DNA of 64,000 bases. Origin: Myxococcota bacterium (GTDB lineage: Bacteria; Myxococcota_A; UBA796; SXON01). Shown one piece after another: positions 37,991-47,434 of this stretch. Under the pieces are notes generated by a model, which worked only from the letters and a program-made list of their open reading frames with translations, was not told the origin of the DNA and ran no database searches. Both the position numbers and the translations under genes were made by a program. The stretch lies in NCBI GenBank assembly GCA_040386535.1, contig JAZKFH010000015.1:1-64000 (forward strand). Reading direction: 5' to 3'. Each line of letters opens with the position of its first letter. Position 1 is the first letter of the stretch.

Positions 37991-38698
37991 ATGAGGCGAG
38001 CGATGTTGCTGCTCGCGCGCGCCGTGGGCGGCGCCGTGTTTGCCGCGCATGGGGCCGGCGCGGTGCTGTTCTCCGTGGTCGTCGCGGTCGAGGCCGCCGA
38101 CGAGCCGCTCGGGACGCTCCTCCTCACCGTCGGCGCCCGCGTGCCGCTGCTGTGGGCGCAGGCCGCCGCCGTCCTCGCGTTGTGTGGGGTGGCCGTCGCC
38201 GTCGTGCGCCTCCGTCGGCAGGGCGTGCTGTTGGGCCTCGGCACGTTGGGCGTCACGCCGCGGTTGGTCCTGCTCGTCGGCGCGATCGCGGGCGCGGCCA
38301 GCGGCGGGGTCGCGAACCGCGTGGTGGCCGAGCCTTCCGCGGTGCCAGGGGCCTGGGAGCGGGGCGCGGGCGGGTGGATCCGGGACGGCGAGGGGTGGCC
38401 CGACACCATCTCAGCGGCGCCCGTTCGTGCCCGACCGGCGCCCGTGCGCAACCTCCCCGTCGACCTCCTCAACGGGGCCGCTGCGGGGGCCCTGGGCGCC
38501 ACCCTCGGCCTCTACCTGGGGGCCGCGCCCACTCTGGTCGCGGCGGCGCTCCTGCTCGTCGTAGAGGTGGTGACCCGAGGCCTCACGGAGCGTGCGGTGG
38601 TGCCCCTGTACGGCGGGGTCGCGCCCGCGGCGCTCGCGGGGATCGTGCTCCTGGTGCTGCTGCTCCGCGCGCCGCTGTTTCCGCGCCGGTGGCGGTAG
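37991..38698 (+). CDS. Reduced LptF/LptG-like membrane protein
   Basis: Hydrophobic; LRRQG.LLGLGTLGVTP motif; very short periplasmic segment. Confidence 0.45.
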   Translation: MRRAMLLLARAVGGAVFAAHGAGAVLFSVVVAVEAADEPLGTLLLTVGARVPLLWAQAAAVLALCGVAVAVVRLRRQGVLLGLGTLGVTPRLVLLVGAIAGAASGGVANRVVAEPSAVPGAWERGAGGWIRDGEGWPDTISAAPVRARPAPVRNLPVDLLNGAAAGALGATLGLYLGAAPTLVAAALLLVVEVVTRGLTERAVVPLYGGVAPAALAGIVLLVLLLRAPLFPRRWR

Positions 38699-38998
38699 TC
38701 AGGGCACGAGGAAGGCGGCGATCACGATCGCGATCAGGACCCCCGGGAGCGCCCGCGCCGCGAGGGCCCCCGCCGCGGGGAAGCGCCACCCGCCGATGGC
38801 CGCGAGCACGCCCCACCAGAGCGCCGTCGCGAGGCGCCAGTAGTAGGCGATGTGCGCGCTCGGCCCGAGGATCCGCGGGTCGGGCTCGCCGATGGCGCCG
38901 TAGAGCCGCTGCAGCGCGTAGCCGAGCAGCGCGGCCACGAGGAACGACGTGATCGCGGAGGTGCGGGGGTCGAGCGCCTCGGCGGCCGGCCGCGTCAC
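38699..38998 (-). CDS. Small 3-TM membrane protein
   Basis: GTGA overlap with the radical SAM stop; EPDPR.LGPSAHIAYYWR loop between TM helices. Confidence 0.7.
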   Translation of the reverse strand: MTRPAAEALDPRTSAITSFLVAALLGYALQRLYGAIGEPDPRILGPSAHIAYYWRLATALWWGVLAAIGGWRFPAAGALAARALPGVLIAIVIAAFLVP

Positions 38999-40209
38999 GC
39001 GCCGACCCCCGTTTCACCCGCGCCCGCCGCGAGCACCATCGGGCACTCCGGATCCGGCGCGAACAGATCCCCGGTGAGGTGCGCGGCGACCGCATGACAG
39101 CCGCCCCGGCACAGGTCGCGGTAGTCGCAGCCGGCGCACGGCCCGCGGGTGACGCCCGCGCGCCACTCGGGCGTGACGGGGCCGCTCACGAAGCTGCACG
39201 GGTGCTCGGCACCAGCGGGATCGACGCTCACGAGGGCGTCGCCGCCGTGGCAGCCGAGGAACGCGAACGCGCGCATCCGCTCCGCGTCCACGCCGTGCGC
39301 GGCGAGGAAGGGCACGAGCGAGCAGTCGACGCGGAAGGTGACGCCGGGGTGGGCCTCCACGAGCGCGCGCGCGCGCGGCCAGAGGTCCCAGCCCTGCGCC
39401 GGGGTGAGGCGGCGGTCGAGGTAGGCGGCGGTGGCGCGCCCGGCGGGCTTCAGGCGCAGCAGCTGGATGTCGCGCGCGCCCGCCGCGACCGCGGCCAGCA
39501 CGGTCTCCTCGAGGTGATCGAACGTGTCGCGGTCGAGCACCACGTTGACCCCTACGTGCGCGCCGACGCCCGCGAGGATCCGGATCGCCTTGAGCGCGCC
39601 GTCCGCGCCGTCGTAGCCGCGCGCCGCCGCGAACGTGGCGCCCACGCCGTCGAGCGACACGTTCACCTGCGCGAAGCCCGCGAGCTCGCCAGCGCGGCGC
39701 TCCGAGAGCCCGACCCCCGAGGTCGTGAGGCCGATCGTGAGCCCATGGCGCGCCGCCGCCGCCGCGATCGCGGGCAGATCGGGGTGCCGGAGCGCCTCGC
39801 CCCCGCCGATGGCCACGCGGAAGACCCCCCGGGCGGCGAGCCCGGCGAACCGCGTGTCCAGCGCGTCGATCGGCACGTGCGCGCCGTCGGCGGTCGGGTC
39901 GATGTGGCAGGACGGGCAGGGCAGGCCGCAGGCGCGCGTGACCTGCACGTGCGCCTCGATGGGTCCGGCGGCGAGGGCGTGTGGGGAGGCTCCCGCCTCT
40001 TCGTCGACGGTCACGAGCGCCGGCGGATCCTCGACCGCGCGGGTCTCCCCGCCGCCGGGCTCGGGCCGCCGGCGCCGCGCGGGCCACGCCTCGGCCGCGA
40101 CCCACAACGCCGCGACCGCGACCTGCGTCCACACCAGCGCGTTGAGCACGTTGCCGAGCGACGAGCAGTTGGGCGCGTGCCCGAGGCGGATGCGGCGGAT
40201 CGTCGGCAA
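38995..40209 (-). CDS. Radical SAM / SPASM-domain protein with N-terminal RLGHAPNCSS + TM extension
   Basis: CGLPCPSC (CX3CX2C), GGGE, TTSG, VSLDG; SPASM-like CHGG...PCSF...CAGC.....CRGGC...DPEC. Confidence 0.9.
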   Translation of the reverse strand: MPTIRRIRLGHAPNCSSLGNVLNALVWTQVAVAALWVAAEAWPARRRRPEPGGGETRAVEDPPALVTVDEEAGASPHALAAGPIEAHVQVTRACGLPCPSCHIDPTADGAHVPIDALDTRFAGLAARGVFRVAIGGGEALRHPDLPAIAAAAARHGLTIGLTTSGVGLSERRAGELAGFAQVNVSLDGVGATFAAARGYDGADGALKAIRILAGVGAHVGVNVVLDRDTFDHLEETVLAAVAAGARDIQLLRLKPAGRATAAYLDRRLTPAQGWDLWPRARALVEAHPGVTFRVDCSLVPFLAAHGVDAERMRAFAFLGCHGGDALVSVDPAGAEHPCSFVSGPVTPEWRAGVTRGPCAGCDYRDLCRGGCHAVAAHLTGDLFAPDPECPMVLAAGAGETGVGA

Positions 40210-40212
40210 GCG

Positions 40213-41019
40213 CTAGAACCCCAACGAAGGGTACCAGCCGTTCGCCCACGCCACCGCGGCGTAGGCGCCCAGCGTGCCGACGACGGACACCCAGCGGGGC
40301 GCCCGGCCCGCCAGCAGCACGGCCGCGGTCACGACGGCCCCGGATGCGGCGAAGCCTGTCGCCAGGCCTTCCTCGTACAGGGCCGCGAAGATCGTCGGGA
40401 CGGCGCCGAGCACCACTGCGGCGAGCCCGGCGGAGCGCCAGCGCCAAGGGCCGGGCCCGCGCAGGGCGGCGACCGCGTAGGCGACCCCGAGGGCGCCGCC
40501 GATGCCCGCCGCCACGCTGCGTTTGCCCTCGTCACGATCGGAAGCGAGGCGCCCCGCCACGAACGCGCGCTGGGTGTCCGTGGCCGTAGGGTCCGCGGAG
40601 AGGTCGGCGCCGATCCGGGCCACCGCGTCGGTTTCGCCCCGTTTCGCCCGCTCGTTCGCCAACCACACCCGCATCGACGCCGCGGCGGGGCTCCCGGGAT
40701 GGTCGGTGAGCGCCGCCTCCACGCGGGCGATGGCGGCCTCCTGTCCGAGCGTTCGGTAGTCACGACGGACGTTCTCCAGCGCGCTCCAGCCGGCGAACGC
40801 GTCCGCGGCCTGGGGCGCCAGGGTGGCGGCGCGGACGGCACAGTAGCGCCCGCCGCGCCCGCGCGGATCGGCCTCCGCGCACGCGGTCCACGCCGAGAGG
40901 GCGCCGGCCCAGTCGCGCGCGGTGTCCGCCGCGTCTCCGGCGGCGCGCCCGTTGGCGGGCTCCGGGGCGGGCTCGGGGGCGTCGGGCGAGGCGAGCGCCG
41001 TCGCGACCAGCCAGATCAC
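40213..41019 (-). CDS. Secreted TPR-like helical domain fused to C-terminal multi-TM region
   Basis: GTG overlaps the SRPBCC stop; short signal IWLVATALA; helical repeats followed by ~4 TM helices. Confidence 0.65.
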   Translation of the reverse strand: MIWLVATALASPDAPEPAPEPANGRAAGDAADTARDWAGALSAWTACAEADPRGRGGRYCAVRAATLAPQAADAFAGWSALENVRRDYRTLGQEAAIARVEAALTDHPGSPAAASMRVWLANERAKRGETDAVARIGADLSADPTATDTQRAFVAGRLASDRDEGKRSVAAGIGGALGVAYAVAALRGPGPWRWRSAGLAAVVLGAVPTIFAALYEEGLATGFAASGAVVTAAVLLAGRAPRWVSVVGTLGAYAAVAWANGWYPSLGF

Positions 41020-41504
41020 GGCTCGAACACGCCCGCGAGGTTCTCCAGCGTGCGCGTGTAGCAGGCGATCCACTCGGGGCGGACCACGTTCTGGAAGTAG
41101 CCGCGGAACGGCGCGGGCGGCGCGTTGAGCGGCGTCTCCAGGCGCACGTTGGTGCCGCCGGCGCCCTCGGTGAGGGTCCACCTCGTGACGAACCCGCGCG
41201 GACCGAGGTGATCGAGGTCGATGATCCGCGGCGCCTCGGCGCGCACGAGCGTCATCGCGAGCTTGCGGTGCATCGCGGCGATGTCGTAGCGGACGATCGC
41301 GTTCGCGCCCTCGCCGAACGTGCGCTCGCCCGGCTCCCAACGCCCGACACAACCGGTCGGGAAGATGGCGCGCAGGTGCCCCAGATCGAGCAGGTGGGAG
41401 AACACGGCCTCGGGTGCCGCGGGGATCAGGCGCTCGGCGTGGATGTCGGTCTCGGCGCCGTCCCACTTGCCGGCGAGCGCCATGGGGATGAGGAGGAGCA
41501 GCAT
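41016..41504 (-). CDS. SRPBCC (START-like) family protein with short signal peptide
   Basis: ERLIPAAPEAVFSHLLDL...FP, GEGA, C-terminal helix TLENLA. Confidence 0.75.
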   Translation of the reverse strand: MLLLLIPMALAGKWDGAETDIHAERLIPAAPEAVFSHLLDLGHLRAIFPTGCVGRWEPGERTFGEGANAIVRYDIAAMHRKLAMTLVRAEAPRIIDLDHLGPRGFVTRWTLTEGAGGTNVRLETPLNAPPAPFRGYFQNVVRPEWIACYTRTLENLAGVFEP

Positions 41505-41531
41505 CCCGGCTCGCCTAACCCGTCCGCCGCT

Positions 41532-41577
41532 GTCTTCGCGCGGCAAAGCCGGAGGTCTTCGCGCGGCAAAGCCGGAG
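41532..41577. repeat. Exact 23-bp tandem duplication GTCTTCGCGCGGCAAAGCCGGAG
   Basis: Copies at 41532-41554 and 41555-41577 in a divergent promoter region. Confidence 0.9.
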
Positions 41578-41629
41578 CTCTCGCCTTCGCCTCCTCCCGA
41601 GCGCCGGTCGGTCGCGCTAAGCTGGCGAG

Positions 41630-42118
41630 ATGTTCAGGCGACTCGTCAATCTCCCGTTCACCGTCGCGACCCGCGCGGCCCGTGCCTTCCAGGATCGCGA
41701 GGACGCGAAGGCCCGCGAGAAGTACGGCGCCACGCAGGATCCCGGCGATCTCGCCAATTCCTACCAGCCCTCCAAGGTGCCGACCGTCCTCACCACGCTC
41801 GATCCCGCCACGATCCGGATGGACGCGGCGGCGGTGCGGGGCGCGCAGGGGCAGGGCCGCAACGTCGTCATCGTCGACGTGCGCGAGCGACGCGCGGGAG
41901 AGTCCATTCCGGGCTCCCTCCACATGCCGCTCTCGGAGGTGTCGAACCGCGTGTCCGAGCTCTCCGACGATCAGCTCGTGGTCGCGTGGTCGGATGACGA
42001 GGCCGGCGCCACGCTGGCCGTGACCTTCTTCCGCGAGCGAGGCATCGAGGACGCCTGGATCCTCCCCGGCGGGATCACCCGCTGGAAGGCCGCCGGCGGC
42101 CCGGTCGAGGCCGCGTAG
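41630..42118 (+). CDS. Rhodanese-like domain protein (no catalytic Cys)
   Basis: IVDVRE, IPGSLHMP, LPGGITRW; active-site loop reads VVAWSDD. Confidence 0.85.
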   Translation: MFRRLVNLPFTVATRAARAFQDREDAKAREKYGATQDPGDLANSYQPSKVPTVLTTLDPATIRMDAAAVRGAQGQGRNVVIVDVRERRAGESIPGSLHMPLSEVSNRVSELSDDQLVVAWSDDEAGATLAVTFFRERGIEDAWILPGGITRWKAAGGPVEAA

Positions 42119-42121
42119 CCC

Positions 42122-42667
42122 ATGGACACGTCCACCTGGCTGCCGCCCACGCTCCGCACCGAGCGGCTCGTGATCCGCCCGTTCACCGCGACCGACATCG
42201 CCGCGCTGCGGGCCTACGCGCAGGCGCAGTCGGCGGCCGACTACGGCTCCTGGCTCGGTGGCGCGGGCCCGGCGGACGCCGCGCGGTACCTGGTCGACAC
42301 CATCGCCCGCTACGGCCGCCCGCCGCGCACCGACCTCGGCATCTCCTTCGAGAACCAGCTCGTCGGCGGCGTGGCTTTCCACCAGGTGTGGATGTCGCCC
42401 CCCACGATGGAGCTCGGCTGGGTCATCCATCCCGCCGCGTCCGGGAAGGGCCTCGCGCGGGAGGCGGTCGGCGCGTTGCTCGGGTGGTTGTTCGATCACT
42501 TCCCCGATCTGGACCGTGTCGAGGCGCGGGTGCGCGCGTCGGATGCGAGCGGCATCCGATTGTTGGAGAAGCTGGGCTTCGTACGTGAAGGAAGCATCCG
42601 ACACGAGCGTAGTGAGGCGGACGGCGGCCTCCTCTACGGGCTGCTTCGTTCGGAATTCAAGAAATGA
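42122..42667 (+). CDS. GNAT N-acetyltransferase (RimJ/RimL family)
   Basis: LRTERLVIRP, ELGW, GKGLARE, SIRLLEKLGFVREG. Confidence 0.92.
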   Translation: MDTSTWLPPTLRTERLVIRPFTATDIAALRAYAQAQSAADYGSWLGGAGPADAARYLVDTIARYGRPPRTDLGISFENQLVGGVAFHQVWMSPPTMELGWVIHPAASGKGLAREAVGALLGWLFDHFPDLDRVEARVRASDASGIRLLEKLGFVREGSIRHERSEADGGLLYGLLRSEFKK

Positions 42668-43227
42668 TCGCTCTGTTCCTCGCGCTCGGCTGCCGGGAAG
42701 CCCAGGTGGCCGTCGAGAAGGTGCGCCGCGCCGTCGTCTCCGCGAAGGAGGAGGTCACCACGCCCGCCCTCCCGTGTGACGCCGCGGTCTCGAGCCCCGA
42801 GCCGAAGGCGTGCCTCACGTCGACCCTCAAGTGTGGCGACGTGATCGAGGGCACCACCGTCGGCGGCGAGTCCAACTGGAACGACGACTTCTACGCCGGC
42901 ATCTTCTGCTTCCCCGCGGGGGACGACCGCTCGGGCCCCGAGCGCGTCTTCCGGCTCGACGCGCCCGCCAACCAGGACATCACGGTCAAGCTGCAGTCCG
43001 ACTGTGTCGACCTCGACCTCGCCCTGCTCGCGTGGGACTACCAGGGCACCTGCCCCGGCGTGAACCACCTCATCCCCGAGTGTGAGGGCGAGAACAAGAA
43101 GGGCGGCGACGTGGTGCGCCTGAACACCTTCAAGGCGCGCGACTACCTCATCGCGGTGGAGGCAAAACACGGCAAGACCGGCCCCTTCCGCCTCACGGTG
43201 AGCTGCGCGCCGCTCGCGGGGCGTTGA
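42664..43227 (+). CDS. Cys-rich lipoprotein with PPC-like beta-sandwich
   Basis: MIALFLALGC; GPERVF, DLDL, YLIAVE...GPFRLTVSC. Confidence 0.7.
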   Translation: MIALFLALGCREAQVAVEKVRRAVVSAKEEVTTPALPCDAAVSSPEPKACLTSTLKCGDVIEGTTVGGESNWNDDFYAGIFCFPAGDDRSGPERVFRLDAPANQDITVKLQSDCVDLDLALLAWDYQGTCPGVNHLIPECEGENKKGGDVVRLNTFKARDYLIAVEAKHGKTGPFRLTVSCAPLAGR

Positions 43228-43230
43228 GGG

Positions 43231-43797
43231 TCAGGGAGCGGGCGGCGGTTCGGGATCGAGCCACCATTCGGTGATGTCGATCTCGAGCTCTTGGAAGGGC
43301 TCGGCGCGAACCGGCTCGTCGCCGCCGTGGGTCGCGACGAGGAGCCAGTGCTCCTCGTGGAGGCGGTAGACTTCGAGCTTGCGGGCGACGGGGTCGACGA
43401 GCCAGACGTGGCCGACGCCAGCGCGCGCGTAGAGGGGAAGCTTCCGGCCACGGTCGACCGCGACGCTCGTGGGCTCGAGGATCTCGCACGCCCAATCGGG
43501 CGGCGGCGCGTCGGACCAGGCCTCGGGGAGCCGCGGAGTTCGGTCGCGTCGCCATCCGCCCAGGTCCGACACGAGCACGTCGTGAGAGAGATGGTGCTCG
43601 GGTCGCATCAGGATGCACCACCGCCCGTCGCTCCGCCGACCAGCCTCCAGCAGCGCTGCCGCGACGGCGATGCGCGCGTGCGCGATGGGGCTGGGGTTGT
43701 CGCTCGCGTAGAGGTCGCCGCCGAGGAGCTCGCCGACGGACTGCTCGGGAAGCGCGCACAGGTCGTCCCAGGTCGCATTTCGGCGAACGAGGTGCAT
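43231..43797 (-). CDS. Uma2 (DUF820) family PD-(D/E)XK-like endonuclease
   Basis: ELLGG, DLGGWRR.R, PDWACEIL.P, DRGRKLPLYARAGVGHVWLVDP. Confidence 0.9.
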   Translation of the reverse strand: MHLVRRNATWDDLCALPEQSVGELLGGDLYASDNPSPIAHARIAVAAALLEAGRRSDGRWCILMRPEHHLSHDVLVSDLGGWRRDRTPRLPEAWSDAPPPDWACEILEPTSVAVDRGRKLPLYARAGVGHVWLVDPVARKLEVYRLHEEHWLLVATHGGDEPVRAEPFQELEIDITEWWLDPEPPPAP

Positions 43798-44003
43798 TCC
43801 AAAAGGCTAACCGCGGTGGCGCCCGCAAGGTGCCGGGTTTCCCGCGGCAGGCGCCTGGAGGGCGCGTGGGCGCGTCAGCGGCCGCGCGGTTCGGCGCCCC
43901 GCCAGGGGCGGACGCGCCAACCGACGCCGGAGGCGGAGCCCGCAAGGGGCCGACGGCACCCCGTCCGATCGAGGACGGGGCGCCGGGCCGCCCAGAGCCG
44001 GAC

Positions 44004-46289
44004 CTAGGCCTTGGCCGCGGCGGCGTTGGACCGGATCAGGTTGAGCGCGCTGCCCGCGACGAACCAGGCGAACTGCTCGGGGGACTGCGTGGTCTTGACG
44101 GCGATGCGGTCGACCGTTCCGTCGGCATGCGTGAGCACCAGCGTGGGCGCCTTGCCCTGGGGGATGCCGGCGATGCCCTCGATGGCGACGATGTCGTCCT
44201 CGCGCACCTTCTCGTAGTCCGCGGGGTTCGCGAAGGTGAGCGGGAGCAGGCCCTGCTTCTTGAGGTTGGTCTCGTGGATGCGGGCGAAGCTGCGCGCGAC
44301 GACCGCGCGGGCGCCCATCAGGCGCGGCTCCATGGCGGCGTGCTCGCGGGAGCTGCCCTCGCCGTAGTTCTCGTCGCCGATGGCGACCCAGCCCTGGCCC
44401 GCGGCGCGGTAACGCTTGGCGAGGTCGGGGTAGGCGACGCTGGCCTCACCCGAGACCATGTCCTTCCCCTTGCCCATCTCGCCGGTGAAGGCGTTGTTGG
44501 CGGTGAGGAAGAGGTTGCCCGAGATGTTGGTGAGGTGGCCGCGGTACTTGAGCCAGGGGCCGGCGGCCGAGATGTGGTCGGTCGTGCACTTGCCCTTGGC
44601 CTTGAGCAGGACCACGAGCCCGCCGATGTCGTGGCCGTCCCACGCCGCGAAGGGCGTGAGGCGCTCGAGGCGATCGGACGCGGGGGCGATGGCGACGTCG
44701 ACGCTCTTGCCCGCCTCGGAGGGGGCGATGAAGCCGTCGAAGCCGGCGGCGAAGCCCTGGGCGGGGAGCTCTTCGGCCTCGGGGGCCTCGAACTTGAAGG
44801 TGACGCCGTCGCGGGTGATCGTGTCGGTGAGCGGGTTGAAGCGCAAATCCCCGGCGAAGGCGAGCGCCGTCACGATCTCGGGGCTGCCGATGAACGAGAG
44901 GGTGGCGGTGTTGCCGTCGTTGCGGGCGGGGAAGTTGCGGTTGAAGGAGGAGACGATGGAGTTGCTCTCGCCCTTCTTGATGTCGTCGCGCTTCCACTGG
45001 CCGATGCAGGGGCCGCAGGCGTTGGCGAGCACGGTGCCGCCTACGTCGTTGAGGGCCGCCATCTGCCCGTCGCGCTGGATCGTGGCGTAGATCTGGTCCG
45101 ATCCCGGCGAGATGAGGAAGGGCGTGGCGATCTTGAGGCCCGCGGCCGCGGCCTGGCGGGCGAGGTGCGCGCTGCGGCCGATGTCCTCGTAGGAGGAGTT
45201 GGTGCACGAGCCGATGAGCGCGCTCGAGATGTGGGCGGGGTAGCCCTCCTTCTCGACGGCGGCGCGCATCTCGGAGATGGGGCGCGCCAGATCGGGGGTG
45301 TGGGGGCCGACGAGGTGCGGCTCGAGCGTGTCGAGATCGATCTCGACGACGCGGTCGAAGTACGTGGCGGGATCGGCCTCCACCTCGGGGTCGGCCCGGA
45401 GGGAAGCGGCGTTCGCGTCACACAGGTCGGCCTCGGCGCCGCGGGTAGTGGTGCGCAGGTACGTCGCCATGCGGGAGTCGTAGGGGAAGACCGACGTGGT
45501 CGCGCCGAGCTCGGCACCCATGTTGCAGATCGTCGCCTTGCCGGTGCACGAGAGGCTCTCGGTGCCGGGGCCGAAGTACTCGATGATCGCGTTGGTGCCG
45601 CCCTTGACGGTGAGCAGGCCCGCGAGCTTGAGGATGACATCCTTCGGGGAGGTCCAGCCGTTGAGCTTGCCGGTGAGCTTGACCCCGATGACCTTGGGGC
45701 AGAGCACCTCCCAAGGGAGGCCGACCATCGCGTCGACCGCGTCCGCGCCGCCGACGCCCACCGCCAGCATGCCGAGGCCGCCGGCGTTCGGCGTGTGGCT
45801 GTCCGTGCCGATCATCAGCGTGCCCGGCAACGCGTAGTTCTCCAGGATGACCTGGTGGATGATGCCGGCGCCCGGCTTCCAGAAGCCGATGCCGTAGCGT
45901 TGCGACACGGTGCGGAGGAACTCGTAGACCTCGAAGTTCTCCGAGAGGGCCACCTTCATGTCCTCGCCGGCGCCGACGTGGGCGCGGATGAGGTGGTCAC
46001 AGTGCACGGTCGAGGGGACCGCGGTGGTCTCCTTGCCGGCGAGCATGAACTGGAGGAGCGCCATCTGCGCCGTTGCGTCCTGCATGGCGACGCGATCCGG
46101 GTTCAGGTCGAGGAACGACTTGCCGCGCACGAACTGGGCGTTCTCGGGGTCCGCGAGGTGGGCGAAGAGGATCTTCTCCGCGAGCGTGATCGCGCGGCCG
46201 AGGCGGCGGCGGGCGATGGCGTGGCGGGCGGGGAAGGTCGCGAAGAGGGTCTTCGCCGCGGCGAGCTCGGGAGAGACGCTGGTGGTCAT
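44004..46289 (-). CDS. Aconitate hydratase (mitochondrial-type clade)
   Basis: [77 protein letters not shown]. Confidence 0.97.
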   Translation of the reverse strand: MTTSVSPELAAAKTLFATFPARHAIARRRLGRAITLAEKILFAHLADPENAQFVRGKSFLDLNPDRVAMQDATAQMALLQFMLAGKETTAVPSTVHCDHLIRAHVGAGEDMKVALSENFEVYEFLRTVSQRYGIGFWKPGAGIIHQVILENYALPGTLMIGTDSHTPNAGGLGMLAVGVGGADAVDAMVGLPWEVLCPKVIGVKLTGKLNGWTSPKDVILKLAGLLTVKGGTNAIIEYFGPGTESLSCTGKATICNMGAELGATTSVFPYDSRMATYLRTTTRGAEADLCDANAASLRADPEVEADPATYFDRVVEIDLDTLEPHLVGPHTPDLARPISEMRAAVEKEGYPAHISSALIGSCTNSSYEDIGRSAHLARQAAAAGLKIATPFLISPGSDQIYATIQRDGQMAALNDVGGTVLANACGPCIGQWKRDDIKKGESNSIVSSFNRNFPARNDGNTATLSFIGSPEIVTALAFAGDLRFNPLTDTITRDGVTFKFEAPEAEELPAQGFAAGFDGFIAPSEAGKSVDVAIAPASDRLERLTPFAAWDGHDIGGLVVLLKAKGKCTTDHISAAGPWLKYRGHLTNISGNLFLTANNAFTGEMGKGKDMVSGEASVAYPDLAKRYRAAGQGWVAIGDENYGEGSSREHAAMEPRLMGARAVVARSFARIHETNLKKQGLLPLTFANPADYEKVREDDIVAIEGIAGIPQGKAPTLVLTHADGTVDRIAVKTTQSPEQFAWFVAGSALNLIRSNAAAAKA

Positions 46290-46391
46290 CGGGACTCCGG
46301 AAAGGCGGGCCATCTAAGCCGTCGGGGGGAGCGGGGCCATGCCCCTCTGTTCGGCGGGCGCGGGGTAGGATGGGGCGAGCGAGAGGCGTGG

Positions 46392-46973
46392 ATGTTCGGT
46401 CTGCTGATGATGGTCGTGGCTTGCGGGACCGCGCCAGAGGTGCCGGTCGAGGCCGCTCCTGCCCCCGTCGCGGCGCCCGAGGTGCCAGCGGACATCGAGA
46501 TCAGCGATCTGCTCGGGACTCCCCCGCCGGCGGTGATGCCGGGCCTCGGGATGCGCGGCGAGGGCGTGCAGAACGGGGGGCCGACGTATGGGCCGCGGCT
46601 GGGTGAGATTCCGGTGGGCGGGTTCGGGACGGGGACCTACGGCACCGCCAAGAAGGACGCCTTGCGGGTCATGCACATCGACCCGCCCACGGTGACCGGG
46701 CCGCTCTCGGCGGACTTGCTCCAGGGCTTCTTCCGGAGCGAATCCGGCGTGCGGGTGTGCACCGACCTGCTCCCCGTCGATGCCCGGGGCGCGCTCGACC
46801 TGCGCCTGACGATCGGCGCGGACGGGGTGGTCGGGAAGCGCGAGGTGACACGCTCCACGTTCGCGAACGACGCCGCCTTGCGCGCGTGCCTGCTGGCGCT
46901 GCCCATGCCCACGTTTGTCTCGGCCGCGGCGCCGTCGGTGGTGGTCCAGTCGTTCCGCTTCTCCGAGGCCTGA
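46392..46973 (+). CDS. Lipoprotein with AgmX/PglI-type (TonB-C-like) C-terminal domain
   Basis: MFGLLMMVVAC; Pro/Gly-rich linker; GPLS...C...G.LDLRLTIGADGVV...C...P...F.F. Confidence 0.7.
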   Translation: MFGLLMMVVACGTAPEVPVEAAPAPVAAPEVPADIEISDLLGTPPPAVMPGLGMRGEGVQNGGPTYGPRLGEIPVGGFGTGTYGTAKKDALRVMHIDPPTVTGPLSADLLQGFFRSESGVRVCTDLLPVDARGALDLRLTIGADGVVGKREVTRSTFANDAALRACLLALPMPTFVSAAAPSVVVQSFRFSEA

Positions 46974-47434
46974 TGTTGCTGGCGCTGCTCGCCTGCGCCG
47001 GCCCCGACCCGACCGGCCCCTCCGACCGCCTCGCCTTCCGCGACCTCGACTGCGCGCGGATCGTGGACGTGGCGCTGCGCGACGACTGCCGGATCGCCTC
47101 GGTCCGTGCGGCCCCTGCCACGGCCGACGCCGCGTGCCCCGAGGTCGCCTCGACGGTCCTGCGCGAGGAGTGCTGGTTCACGGCGGTGGACGCCCAGGAG
47201 TTGACCGGTGCGGACGCCATGCGCGCGTGCGGCCGGGCGGGGCGCTTCGTTGCGTTCTGCCACGCGAACGCGGTCTCGCGGGAGGTGTCGCGCCTGCCGC
47301 CGATGAACGAGGCCGCGCTCACGACGGAGGTGGAGCGGATCCTCGCGTCCTACACCCGGCCGCAACGCGAGGCCCGGGAGATCGTGCGGCGCCGGATCGC
47401 GGCGGTGGGGGAGGGGAACTCGGAAGCGGACTAG
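46973..47434 (+). CDS. Cys-rich hypothetical lipoprotein
   Basis: MLLALLAC; TGATG coupling; C...RDDC / C...REEC / C...FC repeats. Confidence 0.7.
   Translation: MLLALLACAGPDPTGPSDRLAFRDLDCARIVDVALRDDCRIASVRAAPATADAACPEVASTVLREECWFTAVDAQELTGADAMRACGRAGRFVAFCHANAVSREVSRLPPMNEAALTTEVERILASYTRPQREAREIVRRRIAAVGEGNSEAD

Noticed and set aside
43231..43797. Uma2 gene as a defence or restriction system
   Set aside because: Solitary, with no methylase or partner; such genes are commonly scattered in these genomes
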